DNA from: a virus
Strand: one strand, 5' to 3'
UHGV virus genome: UHGV-0340823
DNA: 37,778 bases
Shown here: positions 9,356-17,570 of the stretch, in pieces
Position numbering within the stretch: the first letter of the stretch is position 1
Layout of the letters: each line of letters starts with the position of its first letter
Notes under the pieces: generated by a model
What the model saw: the letters and a program-made list of their open reading frames with translations, nothing else
Databases searched by the model: none
Told to the model about the DNA's origin: nothing
Position numbers and translations under genes: made by a program

Positions 9356-9649
9356 ATGAGCAAAGTACGCGTTATTTTTGAATTTGAGAATGTTTCGCAT
9401 GACGAAAAGCTGGCAGGCAATGACTGTGTTGAAGTGCATGAAAAGATTGGTGTGGATGTGAAAACAGAACGTGATACGGAGAACAGCCCGACGTCACTCT
9501 GTGATGTTTATGCAAGTATTCTCCAGTATCACAGTCCTGCAATTATTCATTTCCTCTCAGCGGAATTTCAGGCATCTGCACAGGATTTTGGAGCGGATGC
9601 CATCATTAAACACCACCGCGTGCATAAAGCATCAGGCACACTGCAATAA
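9356..9649 (+). CDS. hypothetical early protein, paralog 2 of a tandem pair
   Basis: N-terminus MSKVRVIFEFENVSH parallels the previous ORF. Confidence 0.45.
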   Translation: MSKVRVIFEFENVSHDEKLAGNDCVEVHEKIGVDVKTERDTENSPTSLCDVYASILQYHSPAIIHFLSAEFQASAQDFGADAIIKHHRVHKASGTLQ

Positions 9650-9660
9650 GGAAAAACAAA

Positions 9661-10191
9661 ATGGCTAAACGCGTTACAAAATTAAAGGCCGCAGCCGAGG
9701 CCGCACCACAGACCCGCGAAGAAGTCAGCCGCGATATCCGACGCTTTGGGGATATGCAGCGTGAGGCGCTGCGCCTGGAAACAGCGATGAATGACGAAGT
9801 GGCAGAAATTACCGCCCGTTATACGCCGCAGATTGAAAACCTTAAAAAAGAAATCAAAGTGCTTTTTAAAGGGATTCAGGACTGGTGTAAAACCAACCGC
9901 AATGAGCTGACGAACGGCGGTGAAACCAAAACAGCCAATCTGACCACCGGAACGGTGTCATGGCGGCTGGGAACGCCATCATGCAGCGTCAGCCGTGATG
10001 TGGAAGGCGTGATTGAAATGCTGCGCCGTATGGGCCTTGAGCGCTTCATCCGCACGAAAGAGGAAGTGAATAAGCAAGCTGTCCTGGCGGAGCCGGATGC
10101 GGTGAAAGACATTGCCGGTATTAAGGTGAATAAAGGCGCTGAAAGTTTTTATGTCGAGCCTTTTGAACAGGACGCCGGACTGAACAAATAA
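9661..10191 (+). CDS. gam: host-nuclease inhibitor Gam (Mu Gam / Ku-like)
   Basis: Near-colinear similarity to Mu Gam as recalled (GDMQREALRLETAMNDEVAEI, ELTNGGETKTANLTTGTVSWR, ERFIRTKEEVNK). Confidence 0.85.
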   Translation: MAKRVTKLKAAAEAAPQTREEVSRDIRRFGDMQREALRLETAMNDEVAEITARYTPQIENLKKEIKVLFKGIQDWCKTNRNELTNGGETKTANLTTGTVSWRLGTPSCSVSRDVEGVIEMLRRMGLERFIRTKEEVNKQAVLAEPDAVKDIAGIKVNKGAESFYVEPFEQDAGLNK

Positions 10192-10288
10192 CACCGCATT
10201 AAATCTTTAAATATCACTTCATTTTAATTATGGCGCTCGCGTCAGGGGACTGCCTGCGCCTGTAAACTGAAAATAAGGAACAGGAAAT

Positions 10289-10831
10289 ATGGCATATTTT
10301 TATTTCAAATTAGACTGTGTGCAGACAAATAAATATTTCACCAAATATCAACAGACTGTTTTACCGCTACGCAACAGTATTCTTCGGGCGTTACTGAAAA
10401 ATACAGGCGCTACCGGATTGCGCTTAAAGCCGTTCGCCATGGACGTAATCAGTGAGTTTTATTTTTCCGGTGCTCTGCCTGCGGGCTGGTGTAAGCGCGA
10501 TGATGTGGCTTTTATCGGTGGTGGACAGTGCTTTATAGCCAGACCTGATGAGTCATGCCCTGAAGGAGCGGCGATTGCCGCAATGATTGAAGCCGCTGAA
10601 CGCGAGTTAAGAAAGCGTCCTGATTTCCTTGTCTGGCTCTGTGAAAAGCTGGGGGTAATGAGAATCCCCTCCATGTTTAACACGGACTCCTGGTGGACCC
10701 CGTCGCTCTCCCGTGATGCCCTGTGCGTGGTGTTTAAAGTAGGCGCTTATGGCAGGGAAATAAAAGGGTGTATTCCTGAAGAATGCCAGGAGATTAAACA
10801 TTCTGAATATGTGGCGCTGACGGAGGAATAA
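10289..10831 (+). CDS. hypothetical protein (accessory block)
   Basis: 180-aa ORF with AAGGAA before the ATG; Cys-rich; no recognised motif. Confidence 0.45.
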   Translation: MAYFYFKLDCVQTNKYFTKYQQTVLPLRNSILRALLKNTGATGLRLKPFAMDVISEFYFSGALPAGWCKRDDVAFIGGGQCFIARPDESCPEGAAIAAMIEAAERELRKRPDFLVWLCEKLGVMRIPSMFNTDSWWTPSLSRDALCVVFKVGAYGREIKGCIPEECQEIKHSEYVALTEE

Positions 10832-10834
10832 TTC

Positions 10835-11368
10835 ATGATTGATGCAAAAGTGCTTGAAGGGGTTAAAAACTGGCTGCGTTTTTCTGGCCGTCTGACCAGT
10901 CGTTCTCTGGCAGAAAAAATGAATATGCCGCTATCCTCCATGGTTTATTTTCTGCGTGATGCGGTTGATGCAGGCGTGCTGACGGACCGTAACGGTTTTT
11001 ATGATATTCCGCGTCCCCGCCCGGTGCAGCCGGTTCGTCGCAAATGCAGCCAGGAGTCTGCGGCTGATGATGTTCAGTGGTGCAGCTTCAGAAAATCCCT
11101 GCCGTGGATTGAAGGGCATGATATTCCGTCGATGGCGTGGGAATTTGCTCAGGGCGTTCTGACCTGTGAAACCGTTTATGTGGTGGCTGAAGTTGATGAG
11201 CAGGCCATGAAAGAAGGCGTGCCCCAGTTTGTGATGGCGTATATCGACATTCGCCTGGGTGTCATTATCTGCGGTTTAAGCGGCTGGAATATCACCGAAC
11301 ATGTTCTGCGTTACCTGATTGTTGACCGGACGGCTGCGCCTGCCGGGATATCTGCGGAGGTGGCGTAA
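10835..11368 (+). CDS. hypothetical protein with N-terminal winged-helix-like segment
   Basis: ORF starts 4 nt after the previous stop; N-terminal 60 aa resemble a small HTH regulator. Confidence 0.45.
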   Translation: MIDAKVLEGVKNWLRFSGRLTSRSLAEKMNMPLSSMVYFLRDAVDAGVLTDRNGFYDIPRPRPVQPVRRKCSQESAADDVQWCSFRKSLPWIEGHDIPSMAWEFAQGVLTCETVYVVAEVDEQAMKEGVPQFVMAYIDIRLGVIICGLSGWNITEHVLRYLIVDRTAAPAGISAEVA

Positions 11369-11883
11369 TGTTCTTTAAAACATCAAACCCTTCCGCGCTG
11401 GCTGCGTGGCAAAAATACCAGCAGGACTGCCAGAAAGTTAAGGATGAGGCAAAACGCCTTGAGGCCGTGCTGAATGTTGCGTGCCGGTCGGTATTTGTAT
11501 CCGGTATCAGTGGATTTTGCTTTAAGGGACTGCGTTTTACGGAGGACAAATATCCTTTTCATCGCGACTTATGGCGAAAACCGACTGCGTCGAATGGCTG
11601 GAGCTGCACACCGCGCACATCACGTATCCCTAAAACCCTGCGTGTTGCCTCTGATGAACTGTACAGTCTGTGGCGTGAATATTCGCCCGTCACGTATGCC
11701 AGAACCGATGCGCTGTTGTTCTGGCTGGGTATTGATTTCTCGGCAATCCTGTTTGGCCCTGTGAAGTGGTTCTGCGTTGACGATGTGATTTACCTTCAGT
11801 GCGGCGTAAAACCCGCAAAACAGAAAATGACCGAAATACTGTCTGATGAGTTTTATGCTGCTGAAAAGCGAGTCAGGGGGTGA
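11368..11883 (+). CDS. hypothetical protein
   Basis: Start overlaps the previous stop (TAATG). Confidence 0.45.
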   Translation: MFFKTSNPSALAAWQKYQQDCQKVKDEAKRLEAVLNVACRSVFVSGISGFCFKGLRFTEDKYPFHRDLWRKPTASNGWSCTPRTSRIPKTLRVASDELYSLWREYSPVTYARTDALLFWLGIDFSAILFGPVKWFCVDDVIYLQCGVKPAKQKMTEILSDEFYAAEKRVRG

Positions 11884-11886
11884 TGC

Positions 11887-12438
11887 ATGATGAAATTACA
11901 ACCCATGGGACTAAAAGGTCGCGCCCCCGCTCATGTCCGTCCGTGGACACCTGAAGAAGATGCGCTGCTGATTGCGCTTTATTCATCCACCCCGGTTAAG
12001 GATATTGCTGCCAGAATAAAAAGAACTGTCTGGGCTGTATATAACCGGACTGGTGTATTGCGCAGTTCATACCCGGAGTTACTGAAATATAAACACCCAA
12101 GATTTACACCTGATGAAGATAAGTTTATTCGAAAAAATGCCAGAACAATGACCTGCCAGCAAATGGGAGAATATCTCGGACGTAATAAAGATTCTGTCAG
12201 ATGTCGGGCAGGAATGATTGGTGCTGGATTAACAAAGTGCGGAGAGTTACGCCCCGGCACGCGCATATCTGATTATGATGTACGTCTTATACGTGCGCTG
12301 CGTGATTCCGATTACCCACGCCGTCTGTCATTCCGGGAAATTGGCGAAAAGTTTGGAATATCTGAACATTCTGCTCACGCAGTTTATTACCGTCGCCGGA
12401 CTGCCGAGGACGCTGTATTACGGGAGTTAACGCCATGA
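11887..12438 (+). CDS. hypothetical DNA-binding protein with tandem Myb/SANT-like helix-turn-helix repeats
   Basis: Repeated WTPEEDALL / FTPDEDKFI motifs at about 50-aa spacing plus a third HTH-like segment. Confidence 0.45.
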   Translation: MMKLQPMGLKGRAPAHVRPWTPEEDALLIALYSSTPVKDIAARIKRTVWAVYNRTGVLRSSYPELLKYKHPRFTPDEDKFIRKNARTMTCQQMGEYLGRNKDSVRCRAGMIGAGLTKCGELRPGTRISDYDVRLIRALRDSDYPRRLSFREIGEKFGISEHSAHAVYYRRRTAEDAVLRELTP

Positions 12439-12746
12439 TAACGACCTTATTTGTTGAATCAGATGAACCTCTTGTGTGTGCCGCCGGAATGCCGCTCTGT
12501 GGCGGAACGCTGACCGGTGTTTATTTCGGGGATTTACGCGGTTATCCCTGGCATTCACTGAATGATGCTTTCCCACCTGATATGGAGGCTGTCGTGCTGA
12601 TTGTTCAGTATGGTCACCGTCAGGAGCTGCGCATCGGCCATATGGGGTATGAAGGCTTTTTTGTTGATGAAGAAACCGGAGCCTGCCTTGAAGATGAGGA
12701 CGGACAGGTGACGCACTGGTGCCATATTTCAGCTTTACCGGAATGA
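12435..12746 (+). CDS. hypothetical protein (possibly DUF551-like)
   Basis: 103 aa; C-terminal VTHWCHISALPE resembles small phage DUF551 proteins as recalled; weak. Confidence 0.4.
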   Translation: MITTLFVESDEPLVCAAGMPLCGGTLTGVYFGDLRGYPWHSLNDAFPPDMEAVVLIVQYGHRQELRIGHMGYEGFFVDEETGACLEDEDGQVTHWCHISALPE

Positions 12747-13111
12747 CGGGAGGTGAATGCGTGAGAAGTTATATTGATAATGAAAAACTGAAGACAATCA
12801 GCGACTGTCTTAGCTTGCTGGCAAAAATAAAAGAAACCATTGAAGAGATTAAATTTCAGCTTGAATACGCACCCTGTGGTGATGATACATGGCGTAACTC
12901 TGCCAGAAAAGCACTGGCTGTCTTTCAGAAACAACGCCGGACTGTTGAATACCGCCTTGCTGTATTACGCCAGGAGGAAAAGGAAAGAAATATAAGATGT
13001 CACGAGCGCGTTAATAACTTCCTTGTTCGTGAATTAAAAGAACGTGTGCCGGAGTCGGTATTTTTTGAGTGTGAGGCTGTTGCCCGTAGCAAAGCACTGG
13101 AAACTGATTAA
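12743..13111 (+). CDS. hypothetical protein (AT-rich moron)
   Basis: ATGA overlap with the previous stop; coiled-coil-like; visibly AT-richer than flanking DNA. Confidence 0.4.
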   Translation: MTGGECVRSYIDNEKLKTISDCLSLLAKIKETIEEIKFQLEYAPCGDDTWRNSARKALAVFQKQRRTVEYRLAVLRQEEKERNIRCHERVNNFLVRELKERVPESVFFECEAVARSKALETD

Positions 13112-13123
13112 ACAGGCAGGTGA

Positions 13124-13459
13124 ATGATGAGTATTGAATTAAGATCGTCTTATGAATATCGTAAAATTCTCATCGCCGGAGGCATGAAACCGGAAGATGC
13201 AGAAAAAATTGTTTCTTTTATGGATAAAGAATGTGACAAACGGGATATGCCAGAAATTATTATGGATGACATGATTCTGCATTCAGCCGTAGCGTTAAGC
13301 CCGTTATGGATTGTGCATTCTCTTGCTGAAATTGCCAAAGGCACCGATAAACAGGCAGCTGTTGCTGCCCTTCAGACGCTTAATGAAATGCGTATATCTC
13401 CACGCCCGACATTAATACATATGATTCTCTCCAGTATGGAGGATAAAGCAAATGAATAG
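13124..13459 (+). CDS. hypothetical protein (AT-rich moron)
   Basis: ORF in an AT-rich stretch. Confidence 0.4.
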   Translation: MMSIELRSSYEYRKILIAGGMKPEDAEKIVSFMDKECDKRDMPEIIMDDMILHSAVALSPLWIVHSLAEIAKGTDKQAAVAALQTLNEMRISPRPTLIHMILSSMEDKANE

Positions 13460-13649
13460 TCTACCCGCTGGATGGGCGCGGCCACTAATGGCCAGGAAGC
13501 ATCATTTTTTTAAAACAGGCGAAAATATCAGTATATGTGGACGGTGGTTATATCTGGCTCATAATCGCGAGCCGGATACATTTGAAAGCCCTGATGACTG
13601 TGCCGAATGCCGCAGAAGAGTGAATAAGGAGAAAGATAATGGACAATAG
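13452..13649 (+). CDS. hypothetical small Cys-containing protein
   Basis: 65 aa with ICGRW and DDCAEC; possible zinc-binding. Confidence 0.35.
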   Translation: MNSLPAGWARPLMARKHHFFKTGENISICGRWLYLAHNREPDTFESPDDCAECRRRVNKEKDNGQ

Positions 13650-13935
13650 TTCTCTGTTGTTCTGGTGCTTATATATCACATCCTTTTTCGGCGCATTTGT
13701 TATTACCCGGTGGTTATGTCGAAAAATCATCTGCTTTTTTGATAAAAGACATCCGGTTGAACGGGCGGCTGATGCGCTCATTCAGCAGGCCATTGTGTTA
13801 TATAGCGGTGAATTTTTCTGCCGGATAACAACCAGAGATGGCTGGCACATAATGATTATTCCGCCAACACACCATGCCCGGTGGGATGAGGCAGAAAAGG
13901 CTTTCCATGTCCGTAAAAAGGTAAATACGGTATGA
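13639..13935 (+). CDS. hypothetical membrane protein
   Basis: N-terminal hydrophobic segment LLFWCLYITSFFGAFVI. Confidence 0.4.
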   Translation: MDNSSLLFWCLYITSFFGAFVITRWLCRKIICFFDKRHPVERAADALIQQAIVLYSGEFFCRITTRDGWHIMIIPPTHHARWDEAEKAFHVRKKVNTV

Positions 13936-14441
13936 GAGGAAAACTGATATCCGCCATTCATGTGGCAAAGCGCGAGCTTGCCCTGGATGATGAGACTTAT
14001 ACATTCGTGCTGCTGGCAGCCACCGGCAAAACCAGCTGCCGGGATATGTCACCGGATGAGTTGTCCCGCGTGCTGGATGTTTTCAAAAAACGCGGTTTTA
14101 AAGTGCGTCAGAACCCGGTTAACCGGGCCTTAAAACCGGGTACGGTGACCGCTAAAATTCGCGCCATCTGGAAGGTGATGCACCGGCAGGGCTTTATCTC
14201 TGATGGTGCGGAAACCGCTCTTAACCGCTGGGTGAAATCGCAGACGGCCGCGCAGAACGGCGGCGAAGGTGTGGCAAACTGGCAGTGGCTGGAGCAACAC
14301 CCCGCCCTGGCCTCAGATGTGCTGGAGCGTCTCAAGCGATGGCACCGCCGCAAAATGCTGGCCGCGATGGGAATGCCCGAACGCACGCTGATGGGGTATG
14401 ACGCCGTTTGCAGGCAGTATGAAAAATCACTTCCCCGTTAA
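13932..14441 (+). CDS. gemA: GemA-like protein (Mu gp16 family)
   Basis: Position just upstream of the Mor/C gene; KRELALDDETY and CRDMSPDEL motifs resemble the gp16 family as recalled. Confidence 0.55.
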   Translation: MRGKLISAIHVAKRELALDDETYTFVLLAATGKTSCRDMSPDELSRVLDVFKKRGFKVRQNPVNRALKPGTVTAKIRAIWKVMHRQGFISDGAETALNRWVKSQTAAQNGGEGVANWQWLEQHPALASDVLERLKRWHRRKMLAAMGMPERTLMGYDAVCRQYEKSLPR

Positions 14442-14445
14442 CCCC

Positions 14446-14476
14446 AAATCCCGCCACAACGCGGGATTTTTATTTT
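14446..14476 (+). terminator. Rho-independent terminator after the gemA-like gene
   Basis: 9-bp stem AAATCCCGC / GCGGGATTT with 6-nt loop followed by TTATTTT. Confidence 0.7.
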
Positions 14477-14510
14477 AAACTTACCGGGAACGCGAGAACC
14501 GGAGGCTGAT

Positions 14511-14936
14511 ATGGCAGAAACTCAGATGAGCATGTTTGGTGGTGACAGTGAGCAACTGCACGCCCTTATCGACCGCCTTGATGACATCCCTGATGATGTT
14601 CTCAAAAAGAACTGGCCGCGGACCCTGTCAGAACTGGTTGAAGTCACCGGCGCAGAACTTCAGCGTCAGGGGATTGAGCCGGTACTGGCCGGTAAACTGG
14701 CACGCAAGGTGGCTGCGGCTCAGGCAGCCTATATGGGCGGACGGGGTTATTACCTGCCGGTCGGGGAATCTCTCTTTGCCGAGCTGCGAAACAATGAGAT
14801 ATTTTCGCGCTGGGACCGGGGCGAGAAAATTGAATCCCTTCGCCGCCATTACCGGATGTCAGAAACCCAGATTTATACCGTCATACGTGAACAGCGCCGT
14901 CTGCATCTGGCAAGAACGCAACCGCCACTTTTCTGA
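14511..14936 (+). CDS. Mor/C-family transcriptional activator (middle or late gene activator)
   Basis: 141 aa; resembles Mu Mor/C in length and C-terminal HTH region; GGAGG before the ATG. Confidence 0.7.
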   Translation: MAETQMSMFGGDSEQLHALIDRLDDIPDDVLKKNWPRTLSELVEVTGAELQRQGIEPVLAGKLARKVAAAQAAYMGGRGYYLPVGESLFAELRNNEIFSRWDRGEKIESLRRHYRMSETQIYTVIREQRRLHLARTQPPLF

Positions 14937-15007
14937 TATTCCGCAAAGCCTGCCGCCTTTCCTTCACCGTTACGCTGACTCAGAGAACATCATGAGACAG
15001 CGTAACA

Positions 15008-15508
15008 ATGCCAAAACTCCCCGCACCACTGCGTAAAAAGCTGATTGCCCTTGTTCTGGCCGGTGCCGGGACGTTCACGATTGCCACGCATTACACCGGT
15101 TACTGGGAAGGGAAAGAAAACTCCACGTATATCGATCCCACCGGTACACCCACCATCTGTTACGGCCATACCGGCCCGGATGTGAAACCGGGTATGACCC
15201 TGACGGATGAAGAATGCCTGGAACTACTGGAAAAGGACATGAAATGGGCCTTTGCGGCCATTGATCGGCGTGTTCAGGTGCCGCTTACCCGTGGTCAGAC
15301 TGTGGCGCTGGCTTCGTGGATCTTCTGGGCCGGTGAAACGAACTTCCGCAACTCCACGCTTCTGCGCCTGATCAATGCCGGGCAGATGCCCGCGTCCTGT
15401 AAGCAGTATATCCGCTGGATTTATTCAAAGGGGGTGAAACTCCCCGGCCTTGAGGCCCGCCGTTCGGCGGATGAATGGTTATGTCGCTACGACTTGCCGA
15501 AAGTCTGA
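15008..15508 (+). CDS. endolysin, phage lysozyme family with N-terminal SAR-like segment (Mu lys-like)
   Basis: E-x8-D-x5-T pattern (WEGKENSTYIDPTGTPT); hydrophobic Gly/Ala-rich N-terminus LIALVLAGAGTFTIA. Confidence 0.8.
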   Translation: MPKLPAPLRKKLIALVLAGAGTFTIATHYTGYWEGKENSTYIDPTGTPTICYGHTGPDVKPGMTLTDEECLELLEKDMKWAFAAIDRRVQVPLTRGQTVALASWIFWAGETNFRNSTLLRLINAGQMPASCKQYIRWIYSKGVKLPGLEARRSADEWLCRYDLPKV

Positions 15509-15581
15509 ACCGCTTCTGGCGACCGCTCATGATAGCGCTGCTGTGTGCGGTACTGCTGTTACGGGGTGTCCTGTGGCTGCG

Positions 15582-15971
15582 GTGAATAATGCCTTACCGG
15601 CCCTGATTGCCGGGGCGTGCATGGCGGCGCTGGGGATTATCGCTGTACTGGTTGCCGCGATATGGGGAATGCACCAGAAGACGCAGCGCCTTGAAGACAA
15701 TAATCAGGTGCTTGTGCGTGAGCGGGATGAGGCGCGTCAGGTGCTGGCAAATCAGCAGCACACCCTGCAACTCATTTCACAAATCAGTGAGGCGGCCACG
15801 AATGAAAAACAACAGAACATTCAGCACAGCGAGGGACAGCAGAGCGTTGTCCGCCGGTCGCTGGCAGCGGTGCCTGCGGCCTCTGCCCCTGTTCCTGATG
15901 ATGTGGCTGATCGGGTGCGCCGGGCCGTCTGTGAAATACGTGCCTGTGAAGCCGGTGCCGATCCCCGCTGA
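15582..15971 (+). CDS. i-spanin candidate (Rz-like); start codon uncertain
   Basis: N-terminal TMD LPALIAGACMAALGIIAVLVAAIW then coiled-coil-like region; after the endolysin; in-frame starts at 15471, 15582 (GTG), 15621. Confidence 0.45.
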   Translation: MNNALPALIAGACMAALGIIAVLVAAIWGMHQKTQRLEDNNQVLVRERDEARQVLANQQHTLQLISQISEAATNEKQQNIQHSEGQQSVVRRSLAAVPAASAPVPDDVADRVRRAVCEIRACEAGADPR

Positions 15972-16173
15972 ATGGCTGGCTGACTGCCTGGTCCCTCCTG
16001 TGCCGGAGCCGTTCACGTTTGGGGCATCGGTCACTTACAACCTGCAACTGCTGGCGGTGATCAAGAACTGCAACGTGGACAAGGCCAGTATTCGTCGTCT
16101 GGAGGCGCGGCGACAACATGAATTTACTGATATGGCCGGAACGCCTGCTGTTCCGGCAGGAAAGACGAAGTAA
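15802..16173 (+). CDS. o-spanin candidate (Rz1-like lipoprotein) in the +1 frame overlapping the i-spanin
   Basis: Lipobox LIGC after a hydrophobic stretch; Pro-rich mature region; overlaps the i-spanin and extends past its stop. Confidence 0.45.
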   Translation: MKNNRTFSTARDSRALSAGRWQRCLRPLPLFLMMWLIGCAGPSVKYVPVKPVPIPAEWLADCLVPPVPEPFTFGASVTYNLQLLAVIKNCNVDKASIRRLEARRQHEFTDMAGTPAVPAGKTK

Positions 16174-16183
16174 GGAAAAAGGT

Positions 16184-16411
16184 ATGGATGATTCAGATCG
16201 TGCTCAGGCTGTGATGGAGCGGGGATCAGAACGCGCCCTTTGTAACCGGCTGACACGTAAGCGCCGGGCAATGGATGCTCCGGGCAGACGTGTCTGCGCG
16301 GACTGTGGCGGAGAGATCCCCGCCGCACGTCTTGTTGCTGTGCCGGATGCCATCCGTTGTGTGAACTGCCAGAACATCATGGAGGCCCGTCATGTGGGTC
16401 AGCATCGTTAA
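16184..16411 (+). CDS. TraR/DksA-family C4 zinc-finger protein
   Basis: CADCGGEIP...CVNCQ (C-x2-C-x17-C-x2-C); AGGAAAAAGG before the ATG. Confidence 0.6.
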   Translation: MDDSDRAQAVMERGSERALCNRLTRKRRAMDAPGRRVCADCGGEIPAARLVAVPDAIRCVNCQNIMEARHVGQHR

Positions 16412-16703
16412 AGATTATGTTGTGCCGATCCTTTCGGCGACGGCAACCGCTGGCGGGATATTCATGGCGCTGATGCGCAAAACGTTTGTCCCCCGCGAGG
16501 CCTTTGAAAAACTCTCCGACCGCGTTGAGAAGGTGGAAACCCGCCTGTCGTCACTGCCGACAGAAGCTGAGGTCAACCGTCTGAATGTGGAAATCGTGAC
16601 CCTGCGGGGTGAACTGAAAACCACGAACGCCACGCTCCGCTCTGTCTCCTATCAGAACGAACTGCTGCTGGAGCAGGCGGTAAGGAAAAAAACGAATGAG
16701 TGA
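16392..16703 (+). CDS. small membrane protein (Mu gp25-like)
   Basis: N-terminal TMD then coiled-coil; GGAGG before the ATG; synteny. Confidence 0.5.
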   Translation: MWVSIVKDYVVPILSATATAGGIFMALMRKTFVPREAFEKLSDRVEKVETRLSSLPTEAEVNRLNVEIVTLRGELKTTNATLRSVSYQNELLLEQAVRKKTNE

Positions 16704-16986
16704 TTTCATTACTGAAGATCAGCGTCTGGTCATTCTGCGGTCGCTGGCAGATTACAACGGTGAACTGGGTGAATCCGTGCTCCAGGACTGTCTGGATGAT
16801 TACGGCCACCGCGTGTCCCGCGACACCGTTCACACCCACATTGCCTGGCTTGCCGAGCAGGGACTGGTGCGCAAACGCGTTCTGATTAACGGTTATTTCA
16901 TCGCGGAACTGACCGGCCGGGGGCAGGATGTGGCGGAAGGCCGCGCCAGCGTTCCGGGTGTGAAGAAACCACGCGCAAGGGGGTAA
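16696..16986 (+). CDS. hypothetical winged-helix-like protein (Mu gp26-like position)
   Basis: ORF coupled to its neighbours; synteny. Confidence 0.45.
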   Translation: MSDFITEDQRLVILRSLADYNGELGESVLQDCLDDYGHRVSRDTVHTHIAWLAEQGLVRKRVLINGYFIAELTGRGQDVAEGRASVPGVKKPRARG

Positions 16987-16988
16987 CG

Positions 16989-17570
16989 ATGGACAAGCCG
17001 ACGCGTGGACGCGTGCGCAAGGTGGATTTGCTCCCCGACAGCATCCGTAAGCCACTGCTGGAAATGCTGCGTGAAAAACGTCTGACGCAGGTCCAGATAC
17101 GCGAGGAAATCAACCGTCTGATCCGTGAGGCGGGCCTGCCGGAAGAGCAGCAGCTTTCACCGGCGGCCATCAGCCGGGAAGCCTCCCGTAATGAGCTGAT
17201 TGCCCGTAACCTGCGTGATTTACGCGAGCAGACAAAAGCCATGATGGCCGAACTGGGGGACAAGCCAACCGGTGAAACCACTGCATTGATCCTGGAGATG
17301 TCCCGCGCCCTGATGTACCGCCGTCTGCGTGCCGCGACCGAATCCCTGAACAGTGACAGCGACGTGGATATGCGTCTTATTAAGGACATCCTCCTGTCAG
17401 CACAGCGTGCGGAAAGTGCCGCCGAGCGCAGCATTAAGCGTGAAAAAGAAATCAGGGCTGCATTTGCTGAAGAGATGGCAAACGCCGTCACCGACGAGCT
17501 GCGCGGCGTGGACGGGATGAGTGAACAGCTTGAGTCCCGTATTAAGGGGATTCTGTTGGGTAAAGTCTGA
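16989..17570 (+). CDS. terminase small subunit-like protein (Mu gp27 family)
   Basis: Directly upstream of the large terminase; basic N-terminus; ATGA overlap. Confidence 0.6.
   Translation: MDKPTRGRVRKVDLLPDSIRKPLLEMLREKRLTQVQIREEINRLIREAGLPEEQQLSPAAISREASRNELIARNLRDLREQTKAMMAELGDKPTGETTALILEMSRALMYRRLRAATESLNSDSDVDMRLIKDILLSAQRAESAAERSIKREKEIRAAFAEEMANAVTDELRGVDGMSEQLESRIKGILLGKV

Noticed and set aside
14536-15036. Alternative-frame plus-strand ORFs overlapping annotated genes (14536..15036, 17628..17993, 18087..18470, 20423..20755, 7890..8186)
   Set aside because: Out-of-frame overlaps of confidently assigned genes (Mor/C, terminase, portal, B) with Arg/Trp/Cys-rich translations; no independent support.
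15607-16173. The 188-aa track ORF as a single gene
   Set aside because: Its N-terminal 65 residues are an out-of-frame read of the i-spanin gene; only the part from the internal ATG at 15802, which carries the lipobox, is plausible as an o-spanin.
16898-17491. Long minus-strand ORFs antisense to late genes (16898..17491, 19207..19806, 23463..24026, 23897..24454, 16573..17055)
   Set aside because: They lie entirely inside well-supported plus-strand structural genes in GC-rich DNA, have Arg/Ser/Ala-rich low-complexity translations and no ribosome-binding sites; typical spurious antisense ORFs.
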